From Zygnema circumcarinatum SAG 698-1b (taxonomy: Eukaryota > Plantae > Zygnematophyceae): a stretch of DNA of 64,000 nt. The position numbers were made by a program, and so were the translations under genes. The notes under the pieces are model-generated. The model was not told the DNA's origin. It saw only the letters and a list, made by a program, of their open reading frames with translations, and made no database searches. The stretch is from contig CM074811.1 in NCBI GenBank assembly GCA_037447605.1, positions 2,294,001-2,358,000 of the forward strand. The letters are read 5' to 3'. Positions 11,857 to 24,039 of this stretch are shown here, piece by piece. Positions within the stretch are counted from its first letter, which is position 1. The number at the start of each line of letters is the position of its first letter.

Positions 11857-14800
11857 ATGGTGGTTTGCAAGTGTAGGAAGGTGAGCATGTGCATTTTCTG
11901 GTATTACTCTGCGATGTAAAGTGGCGGGATGAGATTTTTGCGGATACCTTTCTAGCTATTTCTCAGATTCAACGGCCGTTATCATAGATCTTTTGTAACC
12001 GATCGAGTGGGAGGAATTTTCCTGACATTTGGTGCTGTCTTTGCAGGCGACGAAGCTGTACTGTTTTGTGCACAAGATCCCCCTTTGTCTTGACTGTGTC
12101 TGCTCTCCTGAGCACGCAATCTGTGTGGTAAGCGCAAAATCCGCTCCTGCATTTCAGCTTTCGACCTTGTCGCGCGCTAGTTGAGTGTTTTCTGCATGCA
12201 TTTGTCTTGTAAAGCAGTGGGGCCATGTGGTCAAACTGTGGCGGAACTGGACCACGGATCAAGGCTTTCTTACCTTTGTTTTTGCGGTGGAGGATGCATG
12301 GCGCCTGATTTGCAAGAGACTTTCTTTGCGCTCATTTTAAACTATCATCTGTTGATCTATTCCTGTGCAGGTTGGACAGTACTCTGAATGGGTTAACGAT
12401 GGGGACTATGATTGGCCCCCAAAGTGTTCGGTCTGCAGTGAATCCCTTGAAGAAACTTCGAAGCCAACCATTCGGCTGGCATGCTTGCGTATGTTCTCTT
12501 TCACCCCCCCCCCCCCCCTTTCCCTTCCTCCATTTAATCGTAGGACCAGGTGAAGCCTGTAATATCTGAAATTAATTTTCTTTCCTTTTGCTGGCGCCCT
12601 TATCAAGAGTTGTTAGAGAGACACATTTTGGGCACGGGGTTTGTATGCTATTTGCGAATTAACTAGCATTTTTTAGTTTATCGTCTTGTTGACACCAACG
12701 TAGAACTGGGTAGAGGCTCTCTTTCTGCTGATGCCCACTATGTCTCCATTAACAGACGTGCTTCATACGGAGTGCTTGGAGAAGCACCTTTCCAGCTATC
12801 CGGCTTATACAGCACCCGCTGGTTATACCTGCCCGGCATGTAATTCTCCTGTAAGTTGCCCATCACCCTTTATTCTCACTAGCGCTCCCTCGACGATCGT
12901 CCAAGTTATTTATCTGAGGGCGGTTAGATCATCTTAGTGCTTTTCGGTGTCGTCCTTATCGCGATGAGGCCATCGTGAATTTCTATTCACAGGCCTCAGA
13001 ATGCATCTCTACTTGCTGGAGCTTTGAGATAGGGAAATTTACTCTCGCAGTTTAGATCATCAAGTGTTGAGAGTTTGACACGGAGGAAGGCGCGGGCGTT
13101 CAACCGTATAGAAACTTGGCTTTCCTCAGCATATGGGAAACTTTGTTGATTCTGGGGGTCCGTTGGATCATTCGAAGGCAAATGGACAAGCCATTGATAA
13201 TGCTCGTCGATGCGTTGACATGCAGATATGGCCTATGAAGAGTCAAAAGGATTCTGCCACTACTCTGTACACAAGCTTGCGTTCTTTTCTCTCCAAGGTC
13301 AGTACTTCTCACAGGAATAACAACATTTTTGAACTGAGGGACTTTCTTCATTCGTATATGGCTCCTTATGGATGCAGCGGAAATCCTCTTTTTCGGCAAA
13401 TGCAACCCTTGCTGGAATGAGACCTTTTTGTAACGTTTATGCCTCTGTGGTCCCTTGTCGCTGTAGAATTCAGCTGCTTCAATTCTCCTTGCTGGGGCCA
13501 CCATCCAAGCATCAGAAAAGTCCTTCGAAAGTCCTCCACCTGCCGGGACAGTTCTGCCGGCGGAGATTACTGGAAATGGTGGCCCTTCTGTTTCTGGAAG
13601 CGGGCCACCAGTCGAAAACTCGCCTGCCGAGCTTATGAGCAATGGGCTAGTAGCGGAGAAACCTGTGTTAGATTCAGGCAGCGGTGCAGCAGAGGGTCAA
13701 GTCATTATGGATGGCTTGGAAGCTACAGCTGGTGGTGCGGTTTCCCAGGCAGCCCCTTCAGCACCCGGCTCTCTTTCCTCTCTCCCACCAGCCTCTGTAC
13801 TCCCTTCCCCCAGGAAATCGCCAGTGAGTATAAGCGCCTTTCATGATTGGCTATTTGGCTTAAGGATTTTATAAAAGCAGTTTCACGTTGCAATTGCCAG
13901 AGTGTCGAAGCTTGACATTCATGCAGAAACGTGACTTCCTTGGGGCGCTGTGTCGACTTGTGAAGAGGGCAGGAAGAAGGGCACATTTCTGGATAGTTCC
14001 CCGCTTGATATATGAGAGTTAGCCACGTGAAAACAGGATATGGGCACATTTCGGCGATATGTTTTGGCTGCTGAATTTAATCGGCACCCTTGCTAGGAAA
14101 TAAACAACATGGGGAGAGGGACAGTGGTTGCTTCTTGGGAGTAGAGTCCTAAGCGTTACCCGGGGCTTTTGCTGGAAAGCGGGATTAAGGATTCTTACAC
14201 ATGCAACTTTGTTTCACTTTAAAGTGAGGTAGATGAATGGACAAATGAGGGATTAAATACGTAAGAGAAGCAGCAGAGAAGTCAGGCTTTTAACTGTGAC
14301 TTGATGTTTTACGCAGACACCGCTTCAGCAGCAGAGTATGGGTCCCGGTGTCATTCCAAGAAAGCCCTCATATCGGAGTGGGGATAGAGCCATCGACATT
14401 GCAGAGGAGCCTATTCACCATCATGAGCAGCATTCTTACCATGATGACGATGATGGAAGTGAAAGAAAATATGTACGAAGAGGTAGGAATTCTTTTTCGG
14501 CTTAGAGCTATGCAATTGTGTGGTTGCGCTGTAATTTGGGCCCTGGTGAAGGAGCTGGGAAATGGAACAGTTGTGTTTGACATCGCAAAGTGCTGTTGGG
14601 TATTGATGTTCCTGATTTCCCCACAGACGGCTCTAAGTGTTACTGTCGTCTGAATGGTTAAAAGAGGGGAGCAAGTATGGCAAATTGACACTTATATGCT
14701 CTCTTCTGTTATGCACAAGGAGGGTTAGCAATACAGATCTTGTTCGATATCGAGAAGACTCTATACTTTTGAATCATGAGGCCTTTTCCGTTGACGGGGA

Positions 14801-15392
14801 GAATGAATTGTTTGAGAGCCTTTGTATGAGCATTCTTATAAACTCACCCTGTGCTAATCTGTCTCACATATGGGTGGGAGTGGTGGTCTGCAAATAACAG
14901 GTACTTTGTACACGCAACTGCTGCGACATGTAGCCCCATTTTGGGGCTCTGCAATCCAAGTTCTACCAGTAACAGCCCCTCAACGGAAAGATGATAGGGA
15001 GTCCAACTTGGCAGAAGATGGAGTGGAGGGACGTTGGAGACGCCGCACTCAACAATCTCGCCGGCCTGCTGTAGACCCGCGCAAACTATTGCTGGTGGTA
15101 GCTATCACGTGAGATGGGCCGAGCCTTCTTACCCTCAGCGTTACTTAGATGGATGCGGGGGGGTGGGAAATCAATTCCAGACGAGCAAAGTCGTTTATGC
15201 AGGCCATGAATTTTTAGCTCCCATTCATTACCAACTTGCTGTAACTTTTGAAGGACATAGAGTGAGCAGCCTGAGCTGATGCTCTTTGAAACGTTGTGCA
15301 GGGCCTGTCTTGCAACGATGATGCTCCTGTACTTCCGCCTGGCCCAGGCTTCCCTTGCGAGCAGCACAGTACAAGTTGGTCAAGAGCGCTAA
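11857..15392 (+). CDS. ZFPL1: Zinc finger protein-like 1 (B-box-like plus RING/PHD-like fingers, C-terminal TM), 403 aa. Exons: 11857-11880, 12047-12127, 12371-12488, 12756-12850, 13226-13297, 13467-13823, 14317-14482, 14901-15108, 15302-15392
   Basis: MVVCKCRK|ATKLYCFVHKIPLCLDCVCSPEHAICV|VGQYSEWVNDGDYDWPPKC...TAPAGYTCPAC...VDPRKLLLVVAITACLATMMLLYFRLA. Nine exons are in frame (1212 nt). Confidence 0.92.
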
Positions 15393-16021
15393 TAGGTGTG
15401 TGGGGGAGAGATCGGACGTATTTAGTGAAGTTGCTTCTTAAAGAGCCGGCTGTGTGCTGTGAATATGTAAGCGAAAGACTGTAAACAAAACTATATCAAG
15501 ATATCGTTTGTTCCTTAGGGACTGGAGGGGACTCTGGCAGCTTTGCAACTGTTGCAGCACATTGTGATAGGCGGGGAAACATTTCAACTGAACAACGATG
15601 CCTGGTTGTTCTTGTTCATCATTTTTGTATTTCTGAATGCCGGCTGTTTTTGCTTGCTGACTCAAGCAAGTTCATAGAGTCGACATAGCGTTGATTAAAA
15701 ATTGTCGCTTCCTTTAGGGACCTCGCCGGGGCCGTGTGGGCCGCACCTCACATGGGTCTCCTCGTGTTCAGTTGCTTAGCAAACAAGAGGCCTCGTCAAG
15801 CGGGAGTGATCCACATGAGACTGGCTAAGCTGCTGTAGTAAGCTGTTAAACAGGGCTCAGCAAGGGAGGTTGACTTAAGGAAACGAGAGAGAAACACACA
15901 TTTGGTCGTCTATATGATGAGCTTTGCTGCATTGAACGAAGGATGTGATTGCCGGCCAGCCATCCACGGCCACGGTGATGGTCACCATGCGAATCAGGGA
16001 TGCTGCTGAGAAAAAAGATTG

Positions 16022-16180
16022 CTATACCAATACCGATACTGATACTGGTATTCACACCAAGATCGGTATAAATACCGGAAACGATAACGGTATCGATACA
16101 TGTACTGGTGTATATCCGATACTATTGTCGATACCTACGTAGATACGATATATCTAATCGTACAAATATCGATACTGGCC
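16022..16180. repeat. Degenerate GATAC/ACCGAT hexamer-like tandem repeat upstream of the PEBP gene
   Basis: Repeated gatact/cgatac/atacc units read directly. Confidence 0.55.
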
Positions 16181-16385
16181 GATGGCCACCGGATTTCTTT
16201 GACAGGCGGAATCCCAGTTGTCCCCGCAGTAATGACGTCATACTACCGTAGTCTGCGTCATAGATCCAGATTTCCAGACTTCAGTAACTGCCACTTGGAA
16301 TGCGAGCCCTCCCCCGCATGCCGCCACGCGGCTGCTCCGCGCTCGTCCTCGCGACGCCAGCTGGCGCCCGGCATGCCACCGGCTG

Positions 16386-16405
16386 ACGTGGCACCCTTGC
16401 ACGTG
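16386..16405 (+). promoter_or_regulatory. ABRE (ACGTGGC, 16386-16392) plus G-box (CACGTG, 16400-16405) upstream of the MFT-like gene
   Basis: Exact matches to the canonical bZIP/bHLH elements; TGACGTCA also occurs near 16233. Confidence 0.5.
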
Positions 16406-16546
16406 CGACCGCCCTCGCCCCGGCCCGCGGCCATGGCGGGGAGGCTGCACGCGCTCTCGCCCGCTGCGCGGGTTTTAGGGTTAGCGGGCATCGCCTTGGT
16501 GGTCGTGCAGAGCGGCTTTGCGCTGTGGGGAAAGGAGCCGGCAGCC

Positions 16547-18136
16547 ATGGCGAAGTCTCTGGACGCTTTGCAGCTGGGGAGGGTGGTAGGGGATGTAATT
16601 GACTCCTTTAAGCCGCAGCTGGATGTGAGGGTGCAGTACCCTAACAGGAGGGTGAACAATGGAATGGAGCTGAAGCCAAGTGAGGCCGCAGGAGCTCCGC
16701 AGGTGGAGATTGCAGGGATGGCATCGGGAGAGCTGTATACGCTGGTGAGAGAGATTTGAAGATGGCGTGAGATAGTAGTCTATGTGTATGCGGGAAATTT
16801 GGGCGGGAGGTGGAGAGAGTGGGAGTGAATGAGAGGCGTGGGAGAGGGGCATGGAAGAAGTGAAGAGGGGAGCGGGAGATTTGCTGCAGGTGATGGTGGA
16901 CCCCGACGCGCCCAGCCCTAGTGAACCGACTGCAAGGGAGTGGCTGCATTGGTAAGCAGTGCGTTATGATTTAGTTTGATTGTAATAGCATTTTCTAATT
17001 TTATGAATATTGAAGATTGAAGGGATTATCTAGTTGCATGATTTTAGTTCGGAGCAAGGAGGGGCTGGTGAAAGATTCGTGGACCAACAGGTGCAGAGTG
17101 TTAGGTGATGAATAGTAGTCGGATAAATTGAGCAAATTGCCTGCTTTATTTAGCAGCCATGCGGCTGTAGGACTCTTTAACTTCTACGTATAGCTGTAGC
17201 TGGGGCTACTGCTTGAACAGCTCCAGCAAGACTCAGCGAAAGAGAGATAGAGAGAGAGAGGAAGAGGGAGAGATAGAGAGGGAGAGAGAGAAGAGAGTGA
17301 GGGGGAGCTAGAGAAAAGAGACAATAAAAAGAGTTGAGCATTCCCTGAATACTGTCCGCTTTTCCCGCTTTTTCTTGAGAGTCCATGGTTCAGGCAAGCC
17401 GTGATGAAGGCTGGTAAAAGGGGTCCCTCCATAGTTTTCAATTGCAAAGTAGAACCATTTGTGGGTATGTACAGACAGGCCTTTTATTAATGATGTCGTT
17501 GTTTTGCATATGCAGGATTGTGACAGACATTCCTGGAGCGAGCACGGTTCCACTTGCAGGTGCCTTCTTATTCTACCCTCTCCTTCTCCCTTCTGTTCCC
17601 TCTTTCCAATTTCCTTAATCCATCCATGTGTACCCCTCTCACGTTGTCATCTCTTAGTTTACCCTCCTTTTCATCCCTTCTGCCACATTCATTTTCTCCT
17701 TTCTTCTCTAATCGCTTCTTTCCTGGTTCACTCTCCACTGCTTCTCATCTCTTTCTTTCCTTCACTTTTGTTCCTCCGTATCCCCCCCCCCCCATCCACT
17801 TTTTTGTACTGGCTGCATCTCCCCTTTCCCGCTTCTTCTCCTCAGGATACTCCCTTCAATGCTATTGAAGTCAGAGCCAGTCCTTACTGCATGGTGTGCC
17901 TTGTTTCAGGAACCGAAGTTGTCCCATACAATGGTCCCACTCCTCCTGTTGGCATCCATCGCTATGTCTTTGTGCTCTTTCAGCAGAAAGGACTCCTCCA
18001 CGTATTGCCCCCGTCAAGTCGCAGGAATTTTAAAACCCGTCAGTTTGCAAAAGATTACAATCTTGGTCCTCCAGTGGCTGCTGTCTATTTCAACGCCCAA
18101 AAGGAAGGCAGCCAAAATGCTGGCCGGCGCCGGTAG
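16547..18136 (+). CDS. MFT: PEBP family protein, MOTHER OF FT AND TFL1-like, 176 aa from ATG 16547, with a possible 38-aa extension from ATG 16433. Exons: 16547-16744, 16890-16951, 17516-17559, 17910-18136
   Basis: Canonical FT/TFL1/MFT four-exon layout: a 62-bp exon 2 and a 44-bp exon 3 versus the usual 41. Motifs [39 protein letters not shown] and [10 protein letters not shown]. Trp at the FT-Tyr85/TFL1-His88 position is MFT-like. Confidence 0.9.
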
Positions 18137-18394
18137 GAGCTCCCTGTCAAGGGACAGGAATTATCCTTAGATTTTGCGAACTGTAAGCACATTGGCACAC
18201 ATGTACATAGGCACTTTCTTCATCGATGTTTAGGGGGGTGTTGGAAAAAGCCCCATGTTCTACTTGTACTATATCTGGTACAATAAAGGACCCTGTCCAC
18301 GGCTTGAGGAATTGTTTTTGGCTGTTGGTGTTGTAATAAACAGAAAAGTGTTTTAGATTTTGGTCATCCAGGTTTGTGCTTAATTCGAGCTATT

Positions 18395-18639
18395 AGGGCA
18401 TGTCAGACTTCACAAAATTGAACAAAAAAAGCTTCGTCAGAAATATTGAATTGACTCCTCGATGTCCCCAGAGTAATAGGGGGAGTCAGACCTTGACCAT
18501 CGCTTACGAAATTCCCGAATTCCTTATACTAAAAGTCACTTGGATGGTCAAGATTTGACTCCCCCTAATCGTTTTGGTTTAAAACTGACGAAAGTTTTCC
18601 CTTCATTAATTCTGACGATTTTTAAGTCTGACATGCCCT
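18395..18639. mobile_element. 245-bp MITE (non-autonomous DNA transposon) with 16-bp perfect TIRs
   Basis: AGGGCATGTCAGACTT...AAGTCTGACATGCCCT, flanked by ATT on both sides (alternatively a TA TSD with 15-bp TIRs). An internal inverted pair at 18477-18501 and 18543-18567 matches at 23/25. Confidence 0.85.
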
Positions 18640-19337
18640 ATTGAAAGAGTTTGTGGAGCGTATGGGCTCGCCTCCTTGTCTTCTTTGATCCCACCTGTTA
18701 GAAAGGGAAAGATTTACTTTTCCGTTGCACAAAAAACCTTAGCCCAATGTGCATGGACCAATCACAGTCCTCTGTCACACGCGGCAACCTGTTGTTGGTA
18801 CTGACAGACACCAAACACTCACAGGGGGCGGCGCATATTTCAAAAGTCTGAAGCCTTATTTGCTGAAAGAGCTACTGATTCTAAAAAATGCCCAAACGTG
18901 CGACGAAACGTTTTTGTAAGGTGGCAATCCGAGAATGTGAATTGACTTTTCAAGAGATCGGCGTGAATAATCGACACAACACTACAACTCATGCGGGCGA
19001 TAAATAATATCTACTGTACCTCTTTTCCACTCTTGAGTGGGTTCTACCTAAAGCTATAGACATCCTCCCAGGTCCGCTCCAACAGCAGCTGCCTCCGACT
19101 CCACTAGAAACTGGCGCTTTATTCTCTCCCCGTGACTTCTGTTCTAGTGGGGACTAAACTACGGAAAAACACCACAAAGCTTCAGTATCTGCAATGACGA
19201 CCTAAAATAACTCTCAAGCAATTACAGTACCCTCTAAAGTACCCCCTTCGACGCAAGCAGCTCTCCCAATTATCTTCCAGAGTACTGCTGTTGCTGCTGC
19301 TGCCGCCAATGCAATCCCCAACCCTAACCCGCCCACG

Positions 19338-22300
19338 TTATCCGTCTTCCCCACTCTCCAGGAGAGGGCGGAGATTGAGTACCATGTCATTCATCGTAGG
19401 TCTCAAGCTCGGGTCTTCTTGAATGCAATGTTTTGCGCTGATGGCGAACTTCTTCGCTTCTCTTTGCATCTCTCTGGAGGAGAACTCGGCATGAATGAGC
19501 GGATCTAATAAGGGCAAAATGTCAAGGCGAGGTTTCTTCAACACTTCGGAGACAGAGGCTACCAATGTGGGCGCTAAATCATTGTCAGGATCAACGGCTT
19601 TCCTCCCGGTAAGAAGCTCAAGCATTAGCACTCCAAACGAGTAGACATCACTAACTTTTCGGAGATAGCCTGCACCCCCCGACACTTCAAAGGATTCTTC
19701 ACTCTTACGTTCCTATTGACGAAATCTGTCCATTCCTGAGGGAGAAAAGATGTGAACAAACTAAAAGCTGAACAGAGAAGAACATCTTGAAGATTGTAAG
19801 TCGACCTAGCTTTCTAAAATGAATACTTCAAGCAGCCTTGTGAACAAAAGAAAATGATGTACCTGTCTCCATGTAGGAAGGGTCAAGATAGCCCATCGTT
19901 CCCAACACCTGTGTGCTCACATATGACTTGTCCTTGCTTGCAACTTTTGCGAATCCAAAGTCAGTCAACTTTGCACTGTAGTCCTGCACATAGCGTGCAA
20001 ACAAGGAATCATAAAAAGAAAAATAATTAACAAAAGCAACCTAGGTATCCCATATCAAGCAAGCAAATTCAATGAGTGTTACAATCAAGTATATAACCAA
20101 TGCTTTCTCGCTCTAGGTAGCCATACCTACCCGCGACCAGCCCCGTTTCCACACCATTCTAATGCTAGTATTGCCCACCTTATCCAAAAGCACATTCTGT
20201 GCTTTGAAGTCGCGATGAATAACGTCATTTTCATGCAAAAATGCCAACCCCATAGCCGAGTCGAGTGCAATTTTGACTCGTGTTTTCCATGAGAGCGGCG
20301 GAGTTGAATCTCCGTCTGAGCCCCCATGTGCCATGACATCAAGAACTCATTAACTTATTGTTATTGAAGTAACATCAATAACTTCAAGGAGGACTTCATT
20401 AAAGGAGTTCCACACACACTGCTGGAGTAGCAGAAGCACAAAGTTATTATCAAGTCCTCGTGTTCTCGCTAACAATGGACTGTTTGTACTTTGAAATAGA
20501 GGCACTCTCCCATAAGCTATCAGGTACTCAATACGTCAGGAGGCTTTGGTTTTTCACTCAACAACTCACTTCATCAATAGGTTTCAAAACATTCAGGAGG
20601 AGTGACATTCAAGTAGCAGGCCATTGAAACTGCCAAGTGAAATTCACTTCCTGAGAGTCAATTTCTGCAGATTCACAAGATTGCCTCCCTTCCAGAGGAT
20701 ATCCTTCATGGACCCTAATGCTGGTAACACTTTAACCAAGGGATACTTTTTTGTATGTTTTCGTGTTTAAATTCTAGCAGATTCTCGGCTAACGAGAATC
20801 ACGGATCGATGGGACAGGCGAGATATCCCCACCCGTCTCTTGACTGCGCATTGACTGAGTGCCTCTCAAATGTTTCATAACTGTGAAAGCGACGCAATTT
20901 CCTTACCTGAAAATAGGTGATAGTCGAGGCTTCCCAATGGCATAAATTCATACACAAGCAATTTTTCTTCTTTTTCGTTGCAGTAGCCCATAAGACGCAC
21001 CAAGTTTGGATGCTGCAGTCTCCCCAAAACTGTCACCTCCGCCTGCACAGTCCGCAGCTTGCTTTCACACAGAGGAAGCGCACTTGTACACTGCTCCCCT
21101 TTCCTTCCACTCCCACACTCCCTCCTCTCCCTCCTCTCCCTCCTCTCCCTCCTCTCCCTCCTCTCCCTCCTCTCCCTCCTCTCCCTCCTCTCCCTCCTCT
21201 CCTCCTCTCCCACCTCTCCCTCCTGTCCCTCCTCTTCCTCCTCTCCCTCCTCTCCCTCCTCTCTCTTCAAACATGAGAACCACATAACACTCGCCCCCAT
21301 CTTACAATCAATGATGCCCTCTCCCTTGTTTCGTCAGAATTCCGGAAGCCCTAAGATCTGTCACAGCACTGCAAAGGTAAAGGCTCTCACCAGCCACTCC
21401 TGCATCCCCTGCATCCCGTCTGCGTGCAGTCTTTTGACTGCAATTGGAATCGGATCCGGTCCTCGTTTGGAATCCTTCACCCACCCCTTGTACACCTTTC
21501 CGAAGCTTCCAGCTCCCAGCACCATGTCGGGCTCAAGGAAAAGCTTCGTAGCTTTACTAAGCAGCTTTATCGAGTAAACTTGCAGTCCCACATTTGCGTC
21601 AAATGCAACCATTTCTGGTCAGACAGTGGCACAACACAGAATGCGAGTTTAGGTTTTGAAGTTGCCTTCAGTTTTTCAGCCACTTTGTTTCAGCCACTCT
21701 TTGTTTGCATCCAAGTACTCCATACGCTATTGACGAGGCCCGAGAGACCTTCAGAGTTCACATATGCATCCACTGTGCCGTGAACTATTAGAATTCAGTC
21801 AAGCTTGTAATTAAGGAATAAGGCTGGGGTGCACCTAGCAGACTCTCAAGTGAAAAGGACCAATGGCAGTAAATAGCGGATGTTTAAGCGTTCATGGCAT
21901 TCCTGGAGCAATGACTGCATAGGAATAGTTGACTTCGTGTTCGTCTAATACGTGAACTACGTTTACGTGAACTACGTTTATCTAGCATCTATCTTATAAG
22001 CCAGCATAACCTTCATGTACGAATCACGTCCGAAACACCTTTCAGTCATAAGTCCATCCTTTCAAAGGGCCAAAGTGACCAAAGTGTCTCGAAATAAACA
22101 CACCAAGGAGATCAAGAAGGAGAATTTATCTGACGTGCAGTTGTACCTTCCGCATTGGAGGCTTCAGACCTCAGACTTCGATTCGAGTTATTGGAGCCAA
22201 AGGGCAAGCCATCCTCCTCATTCTTGTTCTCTAGAACTCCTGAAGCACCCCCAAAAGCAGCAACTTAACAGTTTTAGACGCATGTAGGATTTGACACTTT

Positions 22301-23228
22301 CCTATGAAAATCAGTTCTGTTAAGGAACGTCAAAGTCAGACCCTGTTCGGATTCGCATGTGGAGAGAACAGATGAGTTCTTCACCAATTGCACCGGACAT
22401 AATGCACTAGTTTTGTTTCATGCGTGTCCAGAAGATGCTACCTCCTTCTAAACTTGCAAGAAAAGGGTGAGGGCGTTAAGAACTTCTGAGTCCTGCCCCT
22501 GTTGGCCGCAATTTGCCTTAAGTTTGATAAGTCGTGAAAGCTTCCAGGTGCAGTTGCCGCTTCCCAGCGAAACTCAATGCATAACCTTTAGAAGCTGCTA
22601 CTCTGTCAAGCAAAAAAGTTGTTCATGTTCCACGGAACAAAAGAAAATGTAGGTTTCTATCTAACCCCGAACCCGTCAAAAAAGTGGAGCCAAGCTGGAG
22701 GAAGAAGGAACAGCAAACCAGCTTTCCCATCCATCCAGCACTACGCCTCTCTGCGTGTCTCTTTCACGAACCACCATCTCTTCCTCTCCTTCAACCCTGA
22801 ACAACTTTCCCCTCCTCTCTTCACTTCCCCTCTTTCTCTCCTCTCTCCTCGTTATCTACTCCCCCCAACCACGACCCCCTCTCCCCTTCCCCCCCATCCT
22901 GTAAATGCCCCCCTTCCAGCACCTCCCAACCATCGCCACCTCCCAACCCTAACCCCCCCCCGGAGCAGCAGCGGCGCAGCGTACGGGGGCTTCTGATGGA
23001 GAAGGACCCTTTGCGCGAGTTCAAGCCGCTCTTGGGCGTGCCCGGCGTGCCCGGCGTGCCCCCCGCGCCTGCCTGCGACCGCACCACCGCGATGGTCCGC
23101 TGCCCGCCCTCCCCCTCCCCCGCCCCCCCCCTCTCGCTCCCGCCCCGGCTCCCCCCCCCGCCCTTGCTCGCACTCCCGCTCGCCGGCCCCTTGGGAGACG
23201 GCGCGGGCGCGCTCGCGCAGCCCCCCAT
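19338..23228 (-). CDS. Receptor-like cytoplasmic Ser/Thr kinase (RLK/Pelle, RLCK-VII/PBL-like), 444 aa. Exons: 23228-22954, 22602-22586, 22239-22147, 21614-21391, 21042-20907, 20315-20179, 19983-19863, 19669-19338
   Basis: N-terminal MGGCAS (myristoylation/palmitoylation-type). Kinase motifs [50 protein letters not shown] and [18 protein letters not shown]. The joined CDS is 1335 nt in frame. Confidence 0.9.
21119..21266 (+). repeat. (CCTCTCCCT)n 9-mer pyrimidine tandem repeat in a kinase intron
   Basis: Direct read; it produces the spurious EEG/RRE/PPL repeats in the ORF track. Confidence 0.95.
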
Positions 23229-24039
23229 GGCTGCCGCAGGGAAGGGAAGGCACGGGCGGAGAGGAGGTGGGCGAGGGCAAGGACCCCCCAGGGACGGAGA
23301 GGGGAACTGCTGGAAGCCGTGGGGGACCGGTGACCGGGGACCGGGGACTGCCCGCCGCACGTGCGGGGTCAGGGCCCGTCAGACGCACCGCAGGGGACAG
23401 TCGGAGGGCGCTAGGCGACAGGGGAGTACGGACAGCGGAGATTGTGGATGCGTGGAAAGTACGAAATGGGCTTTCGTCGAATCTTAAAGATTTTAATATC
23501 TGTGATCTTGTGCTGGATCTGGTCAAGGAGGGATTCGATAACGTATGGAACATAGATTCGGTGTACGGGTAAAGGGCGCGGGGAAGAGTCGGGGCGTATC
23601 TGGATGGATGCGATAAAAACGAATCTGTAGGATCTTTCGTATCTGGAGAGGGGATAGATGGCACGTGGCACCGTGGAGGGCTTGAACACTCCCCATCATT
23701 CGCTGGGCCGGACCGGCCTCCTCCCGGCAGTGAGGAACGTACGGCCTACTGGTTATGTATGGAACGGAAGTCAATGGGGATATATGGCCATAGATTGGTT
23801 ACTGGTTGGCTCGCTGCTTAATTCCGGTTGAGATCGGAGTCGGGACTAAAGGTACAGTGCAGTACAGGTTTGGAAAAAGAAGCGGATGTGGCATTGATCT
23901 CACGATGGCGATGATGCCATCAAATGTACATGGACAACATCAGCATGGGGAACCACGAGGGACTGGTCGCGAAGGGCCTAAGAAGAAAAGAGAAAAGCTA
24001 GGGAGCGGAAAGCTACGCCTAGGCTCAACAACGCAGCCC

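Noticed and set aside
16100-16432. Long N-terminal part of ORF 16100-16759
   Set aside because: It overlaps the GATA repeat and promoter motifs and has no PEBP similarity; only ATG 16433 and ATG 16547 are credible starts.
20875-21300. RRE/EEG/PPL repeat peptides in several frames
   Set aside because: These are translations of an intronic 9-mer microsatellite. The same applies to the ORFs over (GA)n at 1.4 kb, 17.3 kb, 35.5 kb and 62.2 kb.
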